Positions 60,101-64,000 of a DNA stretch of 64,000 nt are shown here, one piece after another. The notes under the pieces are model-generated. The model was given only the letters and a program-made list of their open reading frames with translations. It had not been told where the DNA came from and searched no databases. The stretch is from Candidatus Poribacteria bacterium. GTDB taxonomy: Bacteria > Poribacteria > WGA-4E > WGA-3G. The position numbers were made by a program, and so were the translations under genes. Numbering within the stretch: the first letter of the stretch is position 1; the number at the start of each line of letters is the position of its first letter. The stretch spans positions 1,600,001 through 1,664,000 of the forward strand of contig OZ219753.1 in assembly GCA_964291315.2 (NCBI GenBank), given 5' to 3'.

Positions 60101-61511
60101 CGTAGATTCGGATGTAATGCAAGAGTGCCTTGAGTCCGTTCTGCTTCAAGATAAGTTGTCGGCGTTTCCGTTTGGCAGCCCGTATTTGAAGGCGGCCAAG
60201 CATTTGTGTCATAAACTCAAGGAAACGCATACGATTGTCCAATTTCTGTCGGAATTCTTCTAAGCTCGGATATTTCCAAATAGGTACAGCGATTGGTTTT
60301 CCGTTTTCCAGCATCGGGTTTTTAACGAAGTAGTCGTGAGTGGCTTCAAAGATATCGCGAAAGTGGAGCGGGTTCTGTGTTCCAGTTGCGATATGATACA
60401 CCTCAATACCGCCACGTCTTGCGGTCGCCTCCGCAGCTGCTAAGATGGCGTTCACAACAAAGTCAACAGGGATAATGTCCAGAATTATATCCGGATCCGC
60501 GGGGAAATCGGGGAGACGTCCCTTCGCGAAACCGACGATTAACGGTTCCGACATGCGGAATTTCCCAAGCCATCCAGGTTTAGGTTCATCGAAGCTGCTC
60601 TCAATAATCGAGGGGCGCACGATAGCGGTCGGGAGATCACCGCGCAATTCCATGACCATCTGCTCGGCGAGGAATTTCATGTAGGTATATGTATCGTTCC
60701 AACCCCGCATGCGTGCATGCTTTAATCCCGCCTCCACCAAACGATTCTCAAGCCACTCTGTTTTTAATTCCTTAATTCTTGATTCTAGCCCCTTTTGAGT
60801 TCCTGTTTTCGTTTGTTCGGCTTTTCGCTGGAAACGTTCGAGGTTTTCGGGGGCATCGGCTTCAGCGCGGATAGCGTCACTCAACACTAGCAGCTTGTCA
60901 ATCTCTTCGGAGAGCGTCTGTGGAACAGTCGTGCTGGTTTTTTCCTGATATTCCGCTGTACACTCTACATAGGGCGGAGGTAATTCCTCGGGAACCCGTC
61001 CGGGTTTGTCCCCGCAAACATAAGCGGTTGAGACGTGCAAAAATATTGCGTCACGACACCCCTTTGCAAAGTTGACAACGTGCTTAGCTGCGAGGGCATT
61101 TCCCCAGAGCGAATCATCGAATGGGGGATCAAACTGCACAAGCCCCGCAATGTTGATAAAAACCTGTACTTCATTTTGGAGACGTTGATATTCCGTGTCG
61201 CTGAATCCGAGACGTTCATCGGTAAGTTCCCCTTCAACTGCAGTCAGTTTTTCTTGTGCCCAAGTGTCAAAGTGTTTGCCGTGCAAGCGGCGGAGCGGTG
61301 CGAAAACAGCTGAGGTGAGAAGTTCTTTTTCTAGGCGCTCTTGAGCGGAGATCTGTTTTCCATTTGCATGTGTGCGGTTTCGAATGAGAAGATAGATTTT
61401 TCGGACATCGGGGAGTGCTGTCAAAATCTTTGCTACCATCGGTTGCCCCAAAAATGCAGTACCACCGGTGATGAGTAGAGCTTTTCCTCGAAAAAAATCA
61501 GTTATTGACAT
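57186..61511 (-). CDS. ElbD-like multienzyme: fatty acyl-CoA reductase + acyl-CoA synthetase-like + ACP + acyltransferase
   Basis: TGGTAFLG, HVSTAYV, YTYMK, RPSIIES, DIIPVD (FAR); GTT.DPKG, YGMTE, WLHTGDLG (adenylation); LGLDSL (ACP); NHTSHLD, FPEGTRS (PlsC-type). Confidence 0.88.
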   Translation of the reverse strand: MSITDFFRGKALLITGGTAFLGQPMVAKILTALPDVRKIYLLIRNRTHANGKQISAQERLEKELLTSAVFAPLRRLHGKHFDTWAQEKLTAVEGELTDERLGFSDTEYQRLQNEVQVFINIAGLVQFDPPFDDSLWGNALAAKHVVNFAKGCRDAIFLHVSTAYVCGDKPGRVPEELPPPYVECTAEYQEKTSTTVPQTLSEEIDKLLVLSDAIRAEADAPENLERFQRKAEQTKTGTQKGLESRIKELKTEWLENRLVEAGLKHARMRGWNDTYTYMKFLAEQMVMELRGDLPTAIVRPSIIESSFDEPKPGWLGKFRMSEPLIVGFAKGRLPDFPADPDIILDIIPVDFVVNAILAAAEATARRGGIEVYHIATGTQNPLHFRDIFEATHDYFVKNPMLENGKPIAVPIWKYPSLEEFRQKLDNRMRFLEFMTQMLGRLQIRAAKRKRRQLILKQNGLKALLHYIRIYAPYTRTNFEFETEKMQRLYKALSPTEQQRFNFDVSKIHWKRYFQEIHIPGIKRHVLKIEDSAADESETKAGKVDTEEESEESGTPAQRKHNTTTDKPKQTFPKTIVDLIKMQASRIPNKIALQMVNEGDWKEYTYAETYTLSRQVAWRLSKSGLCKEDRVVLVSENQPEWCIAYLAAVQIGLAVVPLDAQTPTREILAIAAFTSAKSILVSDAVLEKSGAALLAAETMLQNINRSCEAVGSESAGNSELPIEVAADFPNVEISADTVASIIFTMGTTVDPKGAVLTHGGFLSNVQAVAKALPPTDTERILSALPLYHALSFSCSLLMALYSGTTAVYVNTLRPTTLLKTMREAKTTAFIGVPRLFQLLHGTIERQAAREDTAGETLEERVKSIMGGEIRVLVSGGASLSDATYDGFQKFGMTIYQGYGMTETAPVLTVNPYLKSKRGSVGPAVTGVELEIESPSEDGVGEIIARGPSTMKAYYQNPDATAAAVRNGWLHTGDLGYMDADGYLYLTGHCKDVIVPASGKNVYPVELEVLYRNSPAISEICVVGIPYEDGSDTAIHAVIVPTSPEEATKKAIQHHLQIQAKQLPSYQQFHKFHFWEDTLPKTETGDIDRQRLKHLLQKHLENAERSHENTEAETSTTESASPHTDIPEEMLSTFARLARMPVHQVHLKSRLDIDLGLDSLRRLDLLLVLEAKLGATIPDALLADLETVGDVIKLVETFQVNSVKQTNPEGETETLALKQIPPWYARAFRALIIGIYRNYFSLQCHGLEHIPQGRPYIIMPNHTSHLDTLAVISALGKRAYQLWTLAARDYWFATRFQGWFARTCLNALPIEREGNFTEFLQDLRTANDVMAQHNGLLIFPEGTRSLDGNLQPFKPGILSLLIYDPNVPIIPAYIYGTYRALPKGQNFPRRHPVHIIFGEPLIFPSTAGGARCESPLDPEKYQEFLELAQHRVAELGAVLKQGL

Positions 61512-61686
61512 AATTTCCTTTACAGTGGCATGAGAAATACTTAAAATATATAGCACAAAGTCTCGGGCGCTTGCATTGTTTTCAACTTATATTCTTAAAT
61601 TTCGTCTAATTGATTTTACTATACAGCAATTTTGCCCATGATTTTAACATATCTTCTATAAAAAGTCAAAGGTTCAACACACGACG

Positions 61687-62886
61687 ATGTTAGCAGAAGA
61701 AAACAAGTTGCAATTTTTGCAAAAAACAGAACTTTTTTCGGAACTTCCAGCCATAGAATTAAAAGCGATCTCTCAAATTGCGAGCGAGGTCGATTATCCT
61801 GGTGGGTCAACCCTATTTGAGGAGGGCGACGAAGGCGATTCGCTCTACCTTATTGTTGATGGCAAAGTCTGTATCATCAAGGCAGGAACCGAGGTCCTGT
61901 TCTTCGATGAGAAAGGTTACTGTATCGGTGAAATCGCCCTGATTGACAACAAACCGCGGAGCGCTACTGTTAAAACGGTGACACCGACACAGTTCCTGCG
62001 CATTACGCGAAACGACTTTTACAACGCAATGGCGCGCGAACCCCGAATCGGCAGCGGCATGTTTCGCGTTCTAAATGATAAAATTCGACGGGACCTTGAA
62101 ATTCAGATGAGCGCTATCCGCAAAGAGATCGCTCAAGAAGAATCAATGCGTTTCGCTGCTGAAGTCCAGCAGTCTCTGCTTCCAAACCAAGAAATTTCGC
62201 ACCCGTGCGTCAGTACAGCCGGGTATTGCCGGCCCGCAAACAGTGTCGGCGGCGATTATTACGATTATTTCAACCTTTCTGAAAACCGGGTTGCACTTTT
62301 TATCGGCGACGTTATGGGACACGGGTATCACTCAGCAATGTTGGCGGCAATGATGAAGAGCTGCCTGCAAACGCAGATTAGGTTTGACGCTTCCGTGCCA
62401 GAAGTCATGAAGGCTATCACACGGGTCGCAGAAGAGGATTCACAAGCCTTTATCTATATTACTTCTTGCTACCTGATTATTCACCCCGACCATCGATTGG
62501 AATATGCTAACGCTGGACATCCACAGATGCTGCTCTACCGCGCAGAATCGAACTGCACCCCTAGTGAAGCCCAAGAACCGTTTGAGTTGGAATCCTCGTT
62601 CCTCCCCGTTGGTATCTCGCTGTCCTTCGCACCCCAACAATATTACAGCACCGAGGTGGCATGGTATCCCGGCGATTTACTTGTCCTTTATTCAGACGGT
62701 ATCACTGAAGCATTCAATCCTAACGCTGAACTCTATGGATTAGAACGTCTGAAAGCACTGGTTTCCAAAAAGCGGCATCTGGCTCCTGAGGAGATCAAGA
62801 ACGAGATTCTGTCAGACCTTCAGGCACATCAACAAGACGAAAGCGCCAACGATGATATCACATTGATCGTAGCAAAGTTTATGTAG
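61687..62886 (+). CDS. cNMP-binding domain + SpoIIE/PP2C phosphatase
   Basis: GEIALIDNKPRSATV; VGGDYYD, GDVMGHG, NAGH, YSDGITE, DDIT. Confidence 0.9.
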   Translation: MLAEENKLQFLQKTELFSELPAIELKAISQIASEVDYPGGSTLFEEGDEGDSLYLIVDGKVCIIKAGTEVLFFDEKGYCIGEIALIDNKPRSATVKTVTPTQFLRITRNDFYNAMAREPRIGSGMFRVLNDKIRRDLEIQMSAIRKEIAQEESMRFAAEVQQSLLPNQEISHPCVSTAGYCRPANSVGGDYYDYFNLSENRVALFIGDVMGHGYHSAMLAAMMKSCLQTQIRFDASVPEVMKAITRVAEEDSQAFIYITSCYLIIHPDHRLEYANAGHPQMLLYRAESNCTPSEAQEPFELESSFLPVGISLSFAPQQYYSTEVAWYPGDLLVLYSDGITEAFNPNAELYGLERLKALVSKKRHLAPEEIKNEILSDLQAHQQDESANDDITLIVAKFM

Positions 62887-62934
62887 GCAGGCCCGCATCT
62901 AAAACTAGAAATCAGATACATCAAAAAACCGCAG

Positions 62935-64000
62935 TTATTTCAGCTGGCTGACGACGTAGTGCATAATATTCTCCATCAATTTTTTGTTCATAGCAGTTGT
63001 ATATTGGCTGTCGTTGCGCAGACTGGTAATAACATATAGCCCGTTGCCATGTCGTCTTGCACCGATAACTAATTCCTTTTTATTTTCGGTGGTCGCGAAA
63101 ATTTGATCGCTCCGGCTCCAGTCGGTCCAGGTATCATCTATAAAGATTTTGTCTGCCCCGATCTCGTTCGGCGTAGAGAAAAGAGAGGTACCTTTTGGGG
63201 TAACGATGAACTTCTGGGTTGGCGGGCTTTCAACGCCTTTTAATTTACCTTGTAGCCATCCCGTTCTACACGGCTTTTCATCGCTGCTGTCCTGACCCGC
63301 GACGACAACGATGCCGCCGTCTTTTACAAAGGTTTTTATCTTTTTTTCCGTTTCACTCGAAAGGAGGTAGAATCCGGAACTTGAGATCTCCTCATATCCG
63401 ATCCACAAAACATCCGCGTTTTCTAATTGAGGCAGCGTATGCGATCTAGTGAGTTCATACGCTGCACTCCGTTTTCCGATCTCTTTTATGGATCGTAATG
63501 CTTGATACTCATATGTTGCGGTGTTCGTAGGAACACGTGTCTGGCTGCGAGTTGGATGTGTGCTGTTTGCCGTTAAAACTAAAACCTTCACTGCATCTTT
63601 CGGCGCGTCAACCCACATTTTACCATCTAGTATGTCGAGAACAATCTTTTGGAACGCCTCTGTTTTACCGTTAAACGTCCTAGACATCATCGGGTCAATG
63701 TGTGTAAAGGCCCACCAAGAACCACCGTATCCGCCTCTTCTATAGGAACGCATCTGAAACCAGGTGTTGTCGATAAAACACATGCTATCAATACCGTAAT
63801 GTTCGCGGTAAAAGACGATCATCGGCATCCCCGGTTCAAGTAGATTTATCATCTTTTGTGGCGAGGTGCCTTGTCTGTAATGTCCAGTGGCGAAGTTCAT
63901 TTTGATTTCTTCAAGATCGCTTTGCCCTTTGACCTCTTTCTTAATAGTAACAACGCCCCGCAATCGTCTTTTATCAACGCTTTTCACTTCTCCGAAGACG
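62935..64000 (-). CDS. Hypothetical protein, 5' end outside the window
   Basis: Frame stays open to the window edge (VFGEV before the track start at 63987); no confident family. Confidence 0.65.
   Translation of the reverse strand, partial: VFGEVKSVDKRRLRGVVTIKKEVKGQSDLEEIKMNFATGHYRQGTSPQKMINLLEPGMPMIVFYREHYGIDSMCFIDNTWFQMRSYRRGGYGGSWWAFTHIDPMMSRTFNGKTEAFQKIVLDILDGKMWVDAPKDAVKVLVLTANSTHPTRSQTRVPTNTATYEYQALRSIKEIGKRSAAYELTRSHTLPQLENADVLWIGYEEISSSGFYLLSSETEKKIKTFVKDGGIVVVAGQDSSDEKPCRTGWLQGKLKGVESPPTQKFIVTPKGTSLFSTPNEIGADKIFIDDTWTDWSRSDQIFATTENKKELVIGARRHGNGLYVITSLRNDSQYTTAMNKKLMENIMHYVVSQLK

Overview
Bacterial chromosomal window, about 50% GC by eye. It is probably Candidatus Poribacteria or a relative; this is an inference from a LamG protein with a C-terminal AVxPxxKLxxxWxxLK tail, three Gfo/Idh/MocA oxidoreductases, a sulfatase and GTAG-type REP palindromes. 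Most of the window is housekeeping or metabolic: S10 peptidase, mrp, tRNA-Leu(CAG), aspartate aminotransferase, DnaJ-like protein, mtnK, asd, hup, heptose kinase, MoxR, ugd, cysteine desulfurase and a MacAB-like exporter. Main candidate for an undescribed system (16.9-28.4 kb, minus strand): two tandem cassettes share a leader/RBS and a C-terminal HsdR_N-like PD-(D/E)XK nuclease, coiled coil and 3' region, but carry unrelated cargo in frame. One has two exonuclease VII-type OB folds. The other is a 3360-aa phage-like polyvalent protein (NADAR, DprA/SLOG-like, DUF488, about 2100 aa unassigned) whose nuclease lost about 65 codons starting at the catalytic Lys. Other highlights: two promoter-fronted noncoding regions ending in IS200/IS605 right-end-like hairpins (possible orphan TnpB omega-RNAs), a methyltransferase split at a G8 tract (possible phase variation), an MTase-HNH fusion, an orphan DUF2280-like gene, an ElbD-like ether-lipid multienzyme, and tandem length-variable coiled-coil membrane genes. 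All domain calls are motif recognition by eye; no searches were run.
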